A stretch of DNA of 63,258 bases, the filler included, from Octopus bimaculoides (taxonomy: Eukaryota): NCBI RefSeq assembly GCF_001194135.2. It is 11 parts of 11 records of this genome, joined end to end, with 100 filler letters (N's around TTAATTAATTAA, not from the genome) between each part and the next. Parts side by side here need not be neighbours in the genome. Positions count along the whole stretch, not along the records: positions 59,854 to 62,034 come from NW_026424230.1; positions 62,135 to 63,258 come from NW_026320892.1; 9 more parts are not named here. The stretch is one strand, 5' to 3'. The first letter of the stretch is position 1. The number at the start of each line of letters is the position of its first letter. Below are positions 61,826-63,258 of the stretch, piece by piece. A program made the position numbers and the translations under genes. Below the pieces are notes generated by a model. The model had not been told where the DNA came from. It made no database searches and saw only the letters and a program-made list of their open reading frames with translations.

Positions 61826-62968
61826 AACCAAATTCTAATTAGATAGTGTTGTGTAAACAAACAAACGTGCGTATTCTGCATTAAATGAAGAAATGGTCAC
61901 TAGTAAAAATTCTGTAAATAACAATAATAATTATATGCTTCAAGCTTATAAGTGTTCACTGAATATTGGCTTAAGAAAATAGTCTAATCTATATATATAA
62001 AAATGAGAATGTGTGTATGTCTGTCTGTCTGTCTNNNNNNNNNNNNNNNNNNNNNNNNNNNNNNNNNNNNNNNNNNNNTTAATTAATTAANNNNNNNNNN
62101 NNNNNNNNNNNNNNNNNNNNNNNNNNNNNNNNNNTATATATATATATATATAAACGTACACACACACATACGCACACGTAGGCATACATATATACAAAGA
62201 CGTGTATACAGAGACGAAAAAAAAGAACACAGGTACACGCATACATTAATGTGGAAACGAAGCTTTTAATATACATATGCTTAGATACACATAAACATAG
62301 ATAGACATACCTAATGCAATTATAATTATGTATACATTGCATATCGGCGTGAGTTTATGTATTAATAATAGGTAGCTATTCTTTTATCTTTAAGAATATG
62401 TGTAGATATACTTATACACATACAGATATACTTACATATATATGAGTGCGTGTGTGTATGCATATAAAGCAAAGTATATATATGAACACAGGTAAGCGTA
62501 AAAATATACATCAAACATATATACAGATATTCACACCTATACAGACATGTATATTTATATGTAGCTAGGTATGTTAACTTTAACTAACGTATAATGGTAT
62601 GCTGCACTTACAGGTGTATATTAGTGGATGTCTGCAAACATAAGTGTGTAGATGTTAAATCATATACAATTTTAATCATATTTATTCTAATAATGTTGTA
62701 CACATCTTGCTAGACATATATACACTTGACTGAAATATCAATTAGATTACATAATCCTTAATTACACATTGAATGCATATATATTGCTAACCTTCACATG
62801 TGCACACATGCTTACATACATATGTACGTGTATATAAACATAATTATGTAATAAATGTATTACTATAAATGTGTGTGTATACATGCATATGGATTTAAAT
62901 GCATATACATATGTACACACGCACAACCCCCCACATATATATGCATATATATACATCTCTCTCTCTAT

Positions 62969-63001
<33 letters not shown>

Positions 63002-63258
63002 NNNNNNNNNNTATATATATATATGTGTGTGTATATATATATATGTATACCATCACACACACATATATACGTATGTATATACATATACATACACATGCGT
63101 TTGTATATTTATAAATATACATGTATACACACCACATGCACATATGTAACCATACGTATGCACATAGATACGCACACATATATATATATACATACATACC
63201 TACATACATATATACACACACACGCACACAGACACACGCACACACACACACACAGACA

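Noticed and set aside
1315-63251. Most ORF-track entries ([12 protein letters not shown], poly-L/I/N/Y, PTYL, and X-filled ORFs)
   Set aside because: They are translations of microsatellites or run through N gaps, with no coding signal.

Overview
AT-rich, microsatellite- and retroposon-dense animal DNA from a gappy draft assembly, most likely a coleoid cephalopod (octopus). That assignment is an inference from the style of the C2H2 array and the SINE families. Ten artificial 100-bp spacers (44N-TTAATTAATTAA-44N) split the window into pieces whose adjacency is not proven. The only intact host CDS I can support is a 19-finger C2H2 zinc-finger gene (54284-56044, +). It has a recurring two-finger module, ends at a 2-bp-deletion stop, and leaves decaying fingers behind the stop. 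The rest is mobile-element debris: Tx1/L1, CR1/L2-like, RTE and RLE-type (R4/Dong-like) LINE fragments, mariner remnants, a DD37D maT element and at least five tRNA-derived SINE families. The strongest candidate for an undescribed system is a tRNA-headed SINE carrying a minimal hammerhead-ribozyme fold. It occurs four times, and the copy at 20489-20534 (-) keeps the full fold. Other highlights: a PHD finger inserted in frame inside an RTE reverse transcriptase, one contig with strong CpG decay, a 125-nt near-perfect hairpin near a promoter-like region, and two template-switch palindromes. All counts and alignments were made by eye. No database searches or folding computations were run.
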